From Escherichia coli (lineage in GTDB: Bacteria > Pseudomonadota > Gammaproteobacteria > Enterobacterales > Enterobacteriaceae): 64,000 bases of DNA. Location: the NCBI RefSeq assembly GCF_030013205.1, contig NZ_CP122648.1; one strand, written 5' to 3'. The translations under genes and the position numbers were made by a program. This document shows, one piece after another, positions 10,179 to 19,877 of this stretch. The notes beneath the pieces are model-generated. The model had not been told where the DNA came from and ran no database searches. It saw only the letters and a list, made by a program, of their open reading frames with translations. Position 1 is the stretch's first letter. Each line of letters begins with the position of its first letter.

Positions 10179-12287
10179 TCAGGCTGCGGTAATCAGCCAG
10201 CAGTTGTGGATCTGGCGGTTACGGGCGAAATCCTGGGAGAGCGTTTTTTGCGTAATTTCTTGTGCTTTCAGTCCCAGTTTTGCCAGGCCGTCGAGATCCA
10301 TACGGAAGCCACGTTTGTTGTTCGAGAACATGATCGTCCCACCTGCACGCAGCAGACGTTTCAAATCTTTCATCAGCGCCAGATGATCGCGCTGAACATC
10401 AAACGCATCTTCCATTCGTTTTGAGTTAGAGAAGGTTGGCGGATCGATAAAGATCAGATCGAACTGTTCATTTGCCTCACGCAGCCACGCCAGGCAATCG
10501 GCTTGAATCAGGCGATGCGCACGCCCGGTTAGGCCATTCAGACGCAGGTTGCGTTCTGCCCACTCCAGATAAGTACGTGACATATCCACGGTGGTGGTGC
10601 TGCGTGCACCGCCTAATCCCGCATGCACGGTGGCGCTGCCGGTATAAGAGAACAGGTTGAGGAAATCTTTGCCTTTGCTCATCTGACCGAGCATACGACG
10701 GGCGATACGGTGATCGAGGAACAGACCGGTATCGAGGTAATCCGTCAGGTTCACCCACAAGTGAGCGTTATATTCGGTGACTTCGAGAAACTCGCCCTTC
10801 TCGCCCAGTTTCTGGTACTGATTTTTGCCCTTCTGGCGTTCGCGGGTTTTCAGCACCAGTTTGTTTGGCGCAATCCCCAGTACCGAAATGGTTGCAGCGA
10901 TAATATCGAACAGACGCTGACGCGCTTTGTGCGCATCAATAGTTTTTGGCGGCGCATACTCCTGCACCACCACCCAGTCGGCATAACGGTCAACTGCAAC
11001 GTTGTATTCCGGTAGATCGGCGTCGTACAGGCGGTAGCATTCAATGCCTTCCTGACGCGCCCACTTCTCGAATTTTTTGAGGTTCTTACGCAGACGGTTG
11101 GCGTAGTCTTCTGCCACCATTGCCGGTTTGCTGTCTGGTGTGCTTTCGGCAACGTGGTAATTTTTCTGCACGCAGTCTAATGGACCGTTTTTCGCTTTGT
11201 ACTGTTTGTCTGCACGCAACTGCAGGCAACTTAACAGATCCGGCGAGGCACTAAACAAAGAGAGATTCCAGCCACCGAACTGGTTTTTCATGATTCGGCC
11301 CAGCAGGCTATGCAGCGCAATCAGCGCCGGTTCGCTGTCCAGACGTTCACCGTATGGCGGGTTGCTCAACACTGTACCGTACGGCCCTTTCGGCAGCGGA
11401 TTGGTCAGTTGCGCGACATCTTTCACCTCAAAGGTGATCAGTTCACCAATCCCCGCAAGACGGGCGTTAGTGCGCGCACGTTGAATCACCCGTGCGTCGC
11501 TGTCCGAACCGTAAAAATGAGAGCTATACTCAGCCAGGCCTTTACGGGCGCGAGTTTGCGCTTCCGCTTTCACTTCCTGCCAGATAGCTTCATCATGCTG
11601 CGCCCAGCCGCTAAAGCCCCAACGCCCACGGTGCAAGCCTGGTGCGCGATCGGTCGCCAGCATCGCCGCTTCAATCAGCAACGTACCGGAACCACACATC
11701 GGATCGAGCAGCGGCGTTCCTGGCTGCCAGCCGGATCGCATCACAATAGCGGCTGCCAGGGTTTCTTTGATCGGCGCAATACCAGCACGATCGCGATAGC
11801 CACGCAGATGTAAACCATCACCACTGAGATCAAGGGCGATACTGGCGGTTTCTTTATGCAGCCAGACGTTAACGCGGATATCCGGCGCATCGCGATCAAC
11901 ATTTGGACGCGGCAGATTTTTCCGCGTGAAAGCATCGACAATCGCGTCTTTCACTTTCATCGCACCGTACTGACTGTTGCGGATGGTGTCATTCAAACCA
12001 CTGAAGTGGACAGCGAAGGTCGCGCCAGGATTAAACATCTCTGTCCAGTTGATCGCCTGAACACCGAGATAGAGGTCTAAATCGCTGTAAACCTTACACT
12101 CGCCCAGCGGCAACATAATACGCGAGGCCAGGCGGCTCCACATCAGGCTCTGGTAAACAAGCCGTGTGTCGCCCTTGAAATGGACCCCACCCTGAACCAC
12201 CTGGCATTCAACGGCCCCCAGGTTTTCCAGTTCAGTTTTTAACAGCTCTTCCAGCCCACGGGCCGTACTGGCAAACAGAGAATTCAT
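10179..12287 (-). CDS. rlmL: 23S rRNA m2G2445/m7G2069 bifunctional methyltransferase RlmKL
   Basis: 702-aa [28 protein letters not shown]...; matches E. coli RlmKL (YcbY); synteny uup-rlmL. Confidence 0.95.
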   Translation of the reverse strand: MNSLFASTARGLEELLKTELENLGAVECQVVQGGVHFKGDTRLVYQSLMWSRLASRIMLPLGECKVYSDLDLYLGVQAINWTEMFNPGATFAVHFSGLNDTIRNSQYGAMKVKDAIVDAFTRKNLPRPNVDRDAPDIRVNVWLHKETASIALDLSGDGLHLRGYRDRAGIAPIKETLAAAIVMRSGWQPGTPLLDPMCGSGTLLIEAAMLATDRAPGLHRGRWGFSGWAQHDEAIWQEVKAEAQTRARKGLAEYSSHFYGSDSDARVIQRARTNARLAGIGELITFEVKDVAQLTNPLPKGPYGTVLSNPPYGERLDSEPALIALHSLLGRIMKNQFGGWNLSLFSASPDLLSCLQLRADKQYKAKNGPLDCVQKNYHVAESTPDSKPAMVAEDYANRLRKNLKKFEKWARQEGIECYRLYDADLPEYNVAVDRYADWVVVQEYAPPKTIDAHKARQRLFDIIAATISVLGIAPNKLVLKTRERQKGKNQYQKLGEKGEFLEVTEYNAHLWVNLTDYLDTGLFLDHRIARRMLGQMSKGKDFLNLFSYTGSATVHAGLGGARSTTTVDMSRTYLEWAERNLRLNGLTGRAHRLIQADCLAWLREANEQFDLIFIDPPTFSNSKRMEDAFDVQRDHLALMKDLKRLLRAGGTIMFSNNKRGFRMDLDGLAKLGLKAQEITQKTLSQDFARNRQIHNCWLITAA

Positions 12288-12530
12288 ATCGTCACTTTTA
12301 CTCTAAGAGCCTACCGCAGTAGGCGTAATTGTTGCAGTCAGTCTGGACATGGACAGCGCGGAGAAACCGGAGCGTACACAAGTACGTGAGGATTTCGAGC
12401 ACTTCCCTGGGCCAAACTGACAAATAAAATAGCCTAATGGGACAGGCGCTAAGAAAATTGTTGCGCATTATAGCTAATAAGCGCGTCATGTCATAAAGTT
12501 GAGGGCTTATTTTCATTTGAGGACCGCATC

Positions 12531-13640
12531 GTGGCGACATTAACCCGGCTTTTTGTTCATCCTGTTAAATCGATGCGCGGCATTGGTCTTACACATGCCC
12601 TGGCAGATATCAGTGGCCTGGCCTTCGATCGCATCTTTATGATCACGGAACCTGACGGTACGTTTATTACCGCTCGCCAGTTTCCCCAGATGGTACGGTT
12701 TACTCCTTCACCTGTGCATGATGGCTTGCATCTCACCGCACCAGATGGCAGTAGCGCATATGTTCGTTTTGCTGATTTCGCCACACAAGACGCACCAACC
12801 GAAGTTTGGGGCACACATTTTACCGCGCGAATTGCACCAGACGCGATCAACAAATGGCTAAGTGGATTTTTCTCCCGCGAAGTGCAGTTGCGCTGGGTGG
12901 GGCCACAAATGACCCGGCGCGTGAAACGCCACAACACTGTACCTCTGTCATTTGCTGATGGCTATCCTTACCTTCTTGCTAACGAAGCCTCGTTACGTGA
13001 TCTCCAACAACGTTGTCCGGCCAGTGTAAAAATGGAGCAATTCCGCCCCAATCTGGTGGTTTCCGGCGCGTCAGCCTGGGAAGAAGATCGCTGGAAAGTG
13101 ATTCGCATTGGTGATGTGGTATTTGATGTGGTTAAACCTTGTAGCCGCTGTATTTTCACCACCGTCAGCCCAGAAAAAGGGCAAAAACATCCGGCAGGCG
13201 AGCCATTAAAAACATTGCAATCTTTCCGCACTGCCCAGGATAACGGCGATGTCGATTTTGGTCAGAATTTAATTGCCCGTAATAGCGGCGTGATTCGCGT
13301 TGGCGATGAGGTGGAAATTCTGGCAACGGCTCCGGCAAAAATTTACGGCGCAGCTGCCGCTGATGATACCGCCAACATCACGCAACAACCGGACGCAAAT
13401 GTAGATATTGACTGGCAGGGACAGGCATTTCGTGGAAATAACCAACAAGTGTTGCTGGAGCAATTAGAAAATCAGGGAATTCGTATCCCTTATTCTTGCC
13501 GCGCGGGCATTTGTGGAAGTTGCCGTGTTCAGCTTTTAGAAGGCGAAGTCACGCCGCTGAAAAAATCAGCAATGGGCGATGATGGCACCATTCTTTGCTG
13601 TAGCTGTGTACCGAAGACTGCGCTTAAGCTGACGCGTTAG
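12531..13640 (+). CDS. ycbX: MOSC-domain 2Fe-2S protein YcbX
   Basis: 369-aa [23 protein letters not shown]... with C-terminal ferredoxin-like Cys cluster ([10 protein letters not shown]); matches E. coli YcbX. Confidence 0.93.
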   Translation: MATLTRLFVHPVKSMRGIGLTHALADISGLAFDRIFMITEPDGTFITARQFPQMVRFTPSPVHDGLHLTAPDGSSAYVRFADFATQDAPTEVWGTHFTARIAPDAINKWLSGFFSREVQLRWVGPQMTRRVKRHNTVPLSFADGYPYLLANEASLRDLQQRCPASVKMEQFRPNLVVSGASAWEEDRWKVIRIGDVVFDVVKPCSRCIFTTVSPEKGQKHPAGEPLKTLQSFRTAQDNGDVDFGQNLIARNSGVIRVGDEVEILATAPAKIYGAAAADDTANITQQPDANVDIDWQGQAFRGNNQQVLLEQLENQGIRIPYSCRAGICGSCRVQLLEGEVTPLKKSAMGDDGTILCCSCVPKTALKLTR

Positions 13641-14179
13641 ACTGCCTGTTCGAGGCTGAAGCTGTCAACATTAACCTGCGGTTTCAGCCTGTCGTTCATG
13701 ATTTTGATGGCGTCGCCCAGCTGCATCGCGCGACCCGCAATAACAACGCAGGGTTGTGCCAGCAGGCATAGTGCGGCATTTTCGCCAGATTCAACGACCA
13801 GCAAATTGACTTGCTCGTGAGTGTCGCTCAACCAAACGCAGGCCGCATCGCCCGGCATGGGCACCCACATTTCACCATGGGAAACAAAATGCCAGCTTTT
13901 CGGCATTTGCGGTTTGAGATAACGAATTGCTACCAGCGCATTAAGCACCAGTTCGGCTTTTTGTTCTTTAGATAAATTAAAATCGCGGCATTTTTCTTCA
14001 AATGAGAAATAGAGCGCGGCGTCGTCAACGCAAAAGCCTGCGGGAGAAAAGGCATCTGGAGTCAACATTTTGCGCGCAAAACGTGAGCGAAATAGCATAC
14101 CATTGGCTAAATCGAGCATCATTCGATCGTGCTCTTCATCGTAATACCAACGCCAGTTATCATCTGGTTTAATTCGCAT
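13637..14179 (-). CDS. zapC: Cell division protein ZapC
   Basis: ORF track 13637..14215 trimmed to ATG at 14179 ([27 protein letters not shown]...); 180 aa; matches E. coli ZapC. Confidence 0.9.
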   Translation of the reverse strand: MRIKPDDNWRWYYDEEHDRMMLDLANGMLFRSRFARKMLTPDAFSPAGFCVDDAALYFSFEEKCRDFNLSKEQKAELVLNALVAIRYLKPQMPKSWHFVSHGEMWVPMPGDAACVWLSDTHEQVNLLVVESGENAALCLLAQPCVVIAGRAMQLGDAIKIMNDRLKPQVNVDSFSLEQAV

Positions 14180-14287
14180 TTGCCTCTCCCCTACCCTATA
14201 AAACCGCAGCAACACAATCCATTGTCGCTTCGCTTAATAACCTCAACAATAAAAGTACAAAATGTCTAAATAAGCAACAGCGATGAA

Positions 14288-14320
14288 TATAAAACAACCA
14301 GGGCTTAAAATAAAGCCCTG
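14288..14320 (-). terminator. Putative terminator downstream of pyrD
   Basis: 8-bp stem CAGGGCTT / AAGCCCTG with 6-nt loop, followed on minus strand by GUUGUUUU; about 30 bp 3' of pyrD stop. Confidence 0.45.
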
Positions 14321-14352
14321 ATTATCTTATAAAGAGGAATTCGAAGAAATAA

Positions 14353-15363
14353 TTAGATATGGGTAACGATTTCTTTAATCAGCGGCGGACCTTTAAAAAT
14401 AAAACCAGAATAAATTTGCACCAGTGAGGCCCCCGCAGCAATCTTTTCACGCGCAGCGATAACCGAGTCGATGCCGCCAACACCGATGATCGGTAAGCGA
14501 CCATTTAATTCCTGTGATAAACGGCGAATAATTTCGGTGCTTTTTAACTGAAGCGGACGACCACTTAAGCCACCGGTTTGATCACAATTTTTCATTCCCT
14601 GAACCAGAGAACGATCGAGTGTGGTATTGGTTGCAATAACGCCATCAATATTATGGCGAACTAAACTATCGGCAACCTGGATCAATTCTTCTTCAGAAAG
14701 ATCCGGCGCGATCTTCACTGCGATCGGCACATATTTATGGTGCATCGCTTGCAAATCATTTTGCTTATTTTTAATCGCGGTTAAGAGATCATCCAGCGCT
14801 TCGCCATATTGCAGAGTACGTAATCCCGGTGTATTCGGCGATGAAATATTGATGGCGATATATCCCGCATAAGCATAGATTTTTTCCATACAAATCAGAT
14901 AGTCATCTTTACCCTGCTCCACCGGCGTATCTTTATTTTTGCCGATGTTAATACCCAGGACGCCATCATAATGGGCTTTTTTTACGTTCTCTACGAGGTT
15001 ATCAACGCCAAGATTATTAAAGCCCATACGGTTGATCAAACCTTCGGCATCTACCAGACGAAAGAGACGCGGCTTGTCATTACCTGGCTGTGGACGTGGC
15101 GTGACGGTACCGATCTCGATCGATCCAAATCCCATCGCGCCTAACGCGTCAATGCACTCCCCGTCTTTATCAAGACCGGCTGCCAGACCAAGCGGATTTT
15201 TAAACGTCAGGCCCATGCAGTTAACAGGTTTCGCAGGCACTTTCTGCCGCACCAGTGCTTCAAACGGCGTTCCTGTAATACGGCGTAATTGCTGAAAAGT
15301 AAACTCATGAGCGCGCTCTGGATCGAGCTGGAAAAGGGCTTTACGAACGAAGGGGTAGTACAT
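14353..15363 (-). CDS. pyrD: Dihydroorotate dehydrogenase (quinone) PyrD
   Basis: ORF track 14353..15390 trimmed to ATG at 15363 ([21 protein letters not shown]...); 336 aa; matches E. coli PyrD. Confidence 0.95.
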   Translation of the reverse strand: MYYPFVRKALFQLDPERAHEFTFQQLRRITGTPFEALVRQKVPAKPVNCMGLTFKNPLGLAAGLDKDGECIDALGAMGFGSIEIGTVTPRPQPGNDKPRLFRLVDAEGLINRMGFNNLGVDNLVENVKKAHYDGVLGINIGKNKDTPVEQGKDDYLICMEKIYAYAGYIAINISSPNTPGLRTLQYGEALDDLLTAIKNKQNDLQAMHHKYVPIAVKIAPDLSEEELIQVADSLVRHNIDGVIATNTTLDRSLVQGMKNCDQTGGLSGRPLQLKSTEIIRRLSQELNGRLPIIGVGGIDSVIAAREKIAAGASLVQIYSGFIFKGPPLIKEIVTHI

Positions 15364-15448
15364 GAACTCTCCTGGATTCCCGGTGTGCAAACCGGGGGCG
15401 TATTATGTGCGAGTTCGGACCAAAAGGGAATTGACCTGTGGCAATAAA

Positions 15449-15464
15449 TAGCAAACGTTTTCTT
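15449..15464 (-). promoter_or_regulatory. PurR-box-like operator upstream of pyrD (TAGCAAACGTTTTCTT)
   Basis: 16-bp sequence matching 14/16 of the recalled PUR box (ACGCAAACGTTTTCTT) about 90 bp upstream of pyrD start; pyrD is a known PurR regulon member. Confidence 0.45.
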
Positions 15465-15599
15465 ATTGCGCTTTTTTTATGCTTTTTTTGGCTTTTCTTC
15501 CTCAGATAAATCATTTCGACTCGCGGGCCACCTCTGTCAGACTGACCGAATTGTTATCAATGTTAACAAAACAAGAACAATTGGTTATAAGGAGAGAGT

Positions 15600-16175
15600 A
15601 TGCGTGTCATCACCCTGGCGGGTAGTCCTCGCTTTCCTTCTCGCTCCAGCTCCTTGCTGGAATATGCGCGGGAAAAACTGAATGGCCTGGATGTAGAGGT
15701 TTATCACTGGAATCTGCAAAACTTTGCCCCGGAAGATCTGCTTTATGCTCGTTTCGATAGTCCGGCACTCAAGACCTTCACCGAACAACTGCAACAGGCC
15801 GATGGACTGATAGTCGCTACACCTGTGTATAAAGCCGCCTATTCCGGCGCGCTGAAAACCCTGCTCGACCTGCTGCCAGAACGCGCTTTGCAAGGCAAAG
15901 TGGTGCTACCACTGGCGACGGGCGGCACGGTGGCTCATCTGCTGGCGGTCGATTACGCCCTTAAACCAGTTTTAAGTGCGCTGAAAGCCCAGGAGATCCT
16001 GCACGGCGTGTTTGCCGATGACTCGCAAGTAATTGATTACCACCACAAACCCCAGTTCACGCCAAATCTGCAAACCCGTCTTGATACCGCGCTGGAAACT
16101 TTCTGGCAGGCATTGCATCGTCGGGATGTTCAGGTTCCTGACCTTCTGTCTCTGCGAGGTAATGCCCATGCGTAA
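15600..16175 (+). CDS. ssuE: NADPH-dependent FMN reductase SsuE
   Basis: 191-aa ORF MRVITLAGSPRFPSRSSSLLEYAREKL...; matches E. coli SsuE; first gene of ssuEADCB operon. Confidence 0.95.
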   Translation: MRVITLAGSPRFPSRSSSLLEYAREKLNGLDVEVYHWNLQNFAPEDLLYARFDSPALKTFTEQLQQADGLIVATPVYKAAYSGALKTLLDLLPERALQGKVVLPLATGGTVAHLLAVDYALKPVLSALKAQEILHGVFADDSQVIDYHHKPQFTPNLQTRLDTALETFWQALHRRDVQVPDLLSLRGNAHA

Positions 16176-17127
16176 GATCATTAAACTGGCGCTGGCGGGC
16201 TTACTTAGCGTCTCTACACTTGCTGTTGCCGCGGAGTCTTCGCCAGAGGCGTTACGCATTGGCTATCAGAAAGGCAGTATTGGTATGGTGCTGGCAAAAA
16301 GCCACCAATTACTGGAAAAACGCTATCCGCAAACAAAAATCTCCTGGGTGGAGTTCCCGGCTGGCCCACAGATGCTGGAGGCGTTAAACGTTGGCAGTAT
16401 TGATCTCGGCAGTACCGGGGATATTCCGCCAATCTTTGCCCAGGCTGCCGGGGCTGATTTGGTATACGTGGGCGTCGAGCCGCCGAAGCCCAAAGCCGAA
16501 GTGATTCTGGTGGCAGATAACAGCCCGATCAAAACCGTAGCCGATCTTAAAGGTCACAAAGTTGCCTTTCAGAAAGGTTCCAGCTCGCACAATCTTTTAC
16601 TACGCGCACTACGCCAGGCCGGGCTTAAATTCACGGATATCCAGCCCACTTACCTGACACCTGCCGATGCCCGCGCCGCGTTCCAGCAAGGTAACGTCGA
16701 CGCCTGGGCTATCTGGGATCCCTACTACTCCGCTGCATTATTACAGGGCGGCGTGCGGGTGCTAAAAGACGGCACCGATCTCAATCAGACCGGATCGTTT
16801 TATCTGGCTGCCCGTCCGTATGCAGAAAAAAACGGTGCTTTTATTCAGGGCGTACTGGCAACCTTTAGTGAGGCCGATGCGTTAACCCGCAGCCAGCGCG
16901 AGCAAAGCATCGCTTTACTGGCAAAAACGATGGGCTTACCGGCCCCGGTGATTGCCTCTTATTTAGATCATCGCCCCCCTACCACCATCAAACCGGTTAA
17001 CGCCGAAGTTGCCGCCTTACAGCAGCAAACGGCAGATCTGTTTTATGAAAATCGTCTGGTGCCTAAAAAAGTCGATATTCGCCAGCGCATCTGGCGGCCA
17101 ACTCAACTGGAAGGAAAACAATTATGA
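16168..17127 (+). CDS. ssuA: Aliphatic sulfonate ABC transporter periplasmic binding protein SsuA
   Basis: ORF track 16033..17127 trimmed to ATG at 16168 ([21 protein letters not shown] signal peptide); 319 aa; overlaps ssuE end by 8 bp. Confidence 0.93.
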   Translation: MRKIIKLALAGLLSVSTLAVAAESSPEALRIGYQKGSIGMVLAKSHQLLEKRYPQTKISWVEFPAGPQMLEALNVGSIDLGSTGDIPPIFAQAAGADLVYVGVEPPKPKAEVILVADNSPIKTVADLKGHKVAFQKGSSSHNLLLRALRQAGLKFTDIQPTYLTPADARAAFQQGNVDAWAIWDPYYSAALLQGGVRVLKDGTDLNQTGSFYLAARPYAEKNGAFIQGVLATFSEADALTRSQREQSIALLAKTMGLPAPVIASYLDHRPPTTIKPVNAEVAALQQQTADLFYENRLVPKKVDIRQRIWRPTQLEGKQL

Positions 17128-18269
17128 GTCTGAATATGTTCTGGTTTTTACCGACCCATGGTGACGGGCACTATCTGGGAACGGAAGAAGGTTCACGTCC
17201 GGTTGATCACGGTTATCTGCAACAAATTGCGCAAGCGGCGGATCGTCTGGGTTATACCGGTGTGCTGATCCCAACAGGACGATCGTGTGAAGATGCGTGG
17301 CTGGTGGCGGCGTCGATGATCCCGGTGACGCAGCGGCTGAAGTTTCTTGTCGCCCTGCGTCCCAGCGTAACCTCACCTACCGTTGCCGCCCGCCAGGCCG
17401 CCACGCTTGACCGTCTCTCGAATGGTCGTGCGTTGTTTAATCTGGTCACAGGCAGCGATCCACAAGAGCTGGCAGGCGACGGCGTGTTCCTTGATCATAG
17501 CGAGCGCTACGAAGCCTCGGCGGAATTTACCCAGGTCTGGCGGCGCTTATTGCTGGGGGAAACCGTCAATTTCAACGGTAAACATATTCATGTGCGCGGA
17601 GCCAAACTGCTCTTCCCGCCGATTCAACAGCCGTATCCTCCGCTTTACTTTGGCGGATCGTCAGATGTCGCCCAGGAGCTTGCGGCAGAACAAGTTGATC
17701 TCTACCTCACCTGGGGCGAACCGCCGGAACTGGTTAAAGAGAAAATCGAACAAGTGCGGGCGAAAGCTGCCGCGCATGGACGCAAAATTCGTTTCGGTAT
17801 TCGTCTGCATGTGATTGTTCGTGAAACTAACGACGAAGCGTGGCAGGCCGCCGAGCGGTTAATCTCGCATCTTGATGATGAGACTATCGCCAAAGCACAA
17901 GCCGCATTCGCCCGGACGGATTCCGTAGGACAACAGCGAATGGCGGCGCTACATAACGGCAAGCGCGACAATCTGGAGATCAGCCCCAATTTATGGGCGG
18001 GCGTTGGCTTAGTGCGCGGCGGTGCCGGGACGGCGCTGGTAGGCGATGGTCCGACGGTCGCTGCGCGAATCAACGAATACGCCGCGCTTGGCATCGACAG
18101 CTTTGTGCTTTCGGGCTACCCGCATCTGGAAGAAGCGTATCGGGTTGGCGAGTTGCTGTTTCCGCATCTGGATGTCGCCATCCCGGAAATTCCGAAGCCA
18201 CAACCGCTGAATCCGCAAGGCGAAGCGGTGGCGAATGATTTTATCCCCCGTAAAGCCGCGCAAAGCTAA
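17124..18269 (+). CDS. ssuD: FMNH2-dependent alkanesulfonate monooxygenase SsuD
   Basis: 381-aa [22 protein letters not shown]...; matches E. coli SsuD; ATGA overlap with ssuA stop. Confidence 0.95.
   Translation: MSLNMFWFLPTHGDGHYLGTEEGSRPVDHGYLQQIAQAADRLGYTGVLIPTGRSCEDAWLVAASMIPVTQRLKFLVALRPSVTSPTVAARQAATLDRLSNGRALFNLVTGSDPQELAGDGVFLDHSERYEASAEFTQVWRRLLLGETVNFNGKHIHVRGAKLLFPPIQQPYPPLYFGGSSDVAQELAAEQVDLYLTWGEPPELVKEKIEQVRAKAAAHGRKIRFGIRLHVIVRETNDEAWQAAERLISHLDDETIAKAQAAFARTDSVGQQRMAALHNGKRDNLEISPNLWAGVGLVRGGAGTALVGDGPTVAARINEYAALGIDSFVLSGYPHLEEAYRVGELLFPHLDVAIPEIPKPQPLNPQGEAVANDFIPRKAAQS
17300..17307 (+). other. Chi octamer GCTGGTGG (RecBCD recombination hotspot motif)
   Basis: Exact octamer read in sequence inside ssuD; function not testable from sequence; Chi motifs are frequent in E. 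coli. Confidence 0.4.
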
Positions 18270-18279
18270 GGAATAAATA

Positions 18280-19071
18280 ATGGCAACGCCAGTGAAGAAG
18301 TGGTTATTGCGCGTTGCCCCCTGGTTTTTACCGGTGGGCATCGTGGCGGTGTGGCAACTGGCCTCCTCAGTTGGCTGGCTGTCGACGCGTATTTTGCCCT
18401 CTCCGGACGGGGTGGTGATGGCGTTCTGGACGCTCTCCGCCAGCGGCGAATTGTGGCAGCATCTGGCGATCAGCTCCTGGCGGGCGTTGATTGGCTTTTC
18501 AATTGGCGGATCGCTGGGCTTGATTCTGGGACTGATTAGCGGGCTGTCGCGCTGGGGAGAACGGCTGCTGGATACCTCCATTCAAATGTTGCGCAACGTG
18601 CCGCATCTGGCGCTGATCCCGCTGGTGATTTTGTGGTTTGGCATTGATGAATCCGCAAAAATCTTTCTGGTCGCACTCGGTACGCTATTCCCCATTTATA
18701 TCAACACCTGGCATGGCATCCGTAATATCGATCGCGGGTTGGTGGAAATGGCGCGTAGCTATGGATTATCCGGCATACCGCTGTTTATCCATGTGATCCT
18801 GCCTGGCGCCCTGCCCTCAATTATGGTCGGCGTGCGTTTTGCGTTGGGCCTGATGTGGCTGACGTTGATTGTTGCCGAAACCATTTCTGCCAATTCCGGC
18901 ATTGGTTATCTGGCGATGAATGCGCGGGAGTTTTTGCAAACGGACGTGGTGGTAGTCGCCATTATTCTTTACGCCCTGCTCGGCAAACTTGCTGACGTCA
19001 GCGCGCAGCTGTTAGAGCGCCTCTGGTTGCGCTGGAACCCGGCTTATCATTTGAAGGAGGCCACGGTATGA
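18280..19071 (+). CDS. ssuC: Aliphatic sulfonate ABC transporter permease SsuC
   Basis: 263-aa hydrophobic [30 protein letters not shown]...; matches E. coli SsuC. Confidence 0.95.
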   Translation: MATPVKKWLLRVAPWFLPVGIVAVWQLASSVGWLSTRILPSPDGVVMAFWTLSASGELWQHLAISSWRALIGFSIGGSLGLILGLISGLSRWGERLLDTSIQMLRNVPHLALIPLVILWFGIDESAKIFLVALGTLFPIYINTWHGIRNIDRGLVEMARSYGLSGIPLFIHVILPGALPSIMVGVRFALGLMWLTLIVAETISANSGIGYLAMNAREFLQTDVVVVAIILYALLGKLADVSAQLLERLWLRWNPAYHLKEATV

Positions 19072-19835
19072 ATACTGCTCGTCTGAACCAGGGCACACCA
19101 TTGTTGCTCAATGCAGTAAGCAAACATTACGCAGAAAATATCGTCCTGAACCAACTGGATTTACATATTCCGGCAGGTCAGTTTGTGGCGGTGGTGGGCC
19201 GCAGCGGTGGTGGCAAAAGTACCCTGCTGCGCCTGCTGGCAGGTCTGGAAACGCCAACCGCTGGCGATGTGTTAGCGGGCACCACACCGCTGGCTGAAAT
19301 TCAGGAAGACACGCGAATGATGTTTCAGGATGCGCGTCTGCTGCCGTGGAAATCGGTGATTGATAACGTTGGGTTAGGCCTTAAAGGCCAGTGGCGCGAT
19401 GCCGCGCGTCGGGCGTTGGCTGCAGTAGGACTGGAGAATCGCGCAGGGGAATGGCCTGCCGCACTTTCAGGCGGGCAGAAACAGCGAGTGGCGCTGGCAA
19501 GAGCGTTGATTCATCGACCGGGTTTATTGTTGCTTGATGAACCGCTCGGGGCGCTGGACGCCTTAACGCGACTCGAGATGCAGGATTTGATTGTGTCACT
19601 TTGGCAGGAGCACGGCTTTACCGTACTGTTGGTGACGCATGATGTGAGCGAAGCGGTAGCAATGGCGGACCGGGTGTTGTTAATTGAAGAGGGAAAAATT
19701 GGTCTGGATTTGACGGTGGATATCCTCCGTCCGCGCCGGTTAGGGTCGGTGCGATTAGCGGAGCTGGAATCGGAAGTGTTGCAAAGGGTGATGCAGCGTG
19801 GTGAATCTGAAATTCGCCTGAGAAAACAGGGGTAA
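19068..19835 (+). CDS. ssuB: Aliphatic sulfonate ABC transporter ATP-binding protein SsuB
   Basis: 255-aa ORF with Walker [10 protein letters not shown] and ABC signature LSGGQKQR; 4-bp overlap with ssuC. Confidence 0.95.
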   Translation: MNTARLNQGTPLLLNAVSKHYAENIVLNQLDLHIPAGQFVAVVGRSGGGKSTLLRLLAGLETPTAGDVLAGTTPLAEIQEDTRMMFQDARLLPWKSVIDNVGLGLKGQWRDAARRALAAVGLENRAGEWPAALSGGQKQRVALARALIHRPGLLLLDEPLGALDALTRLEMQDLIVSLWQEHGFTVLLVTHDVSEAVAMADRVLLIEEGKIGLDLTVDILRPRRLGSVRLAELESEVLQRVMQRGESEIRLRKQG

Positions 19836-19840
19836 ATTCC

Positions 19841-19876
19841 CCGAATGGCGGCGCTATTGCCGCCATTCGGTTATTT
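19841..19876. terminator. Terminator hairpin between convergent ssuB and pepN
   Basis: Perfect 12-bp stem CCGAATGGCGGC / GCCGCCATTCGG with 6-nt loop, followed by TTATTTAT on plus strand; occupies the entire ssuB-pepN gap. Confidence 0.7.
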
Positions 19877-19877
19877 A

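Noticed and set aside
12298-12540. 80-aa ORF in the rlmL-ycbX divergent intergenic region
   Set aside because: No RBS, low-complexity composition, occupies the divergent promoter region, no similarity to any protein I recognise; likely spurious.
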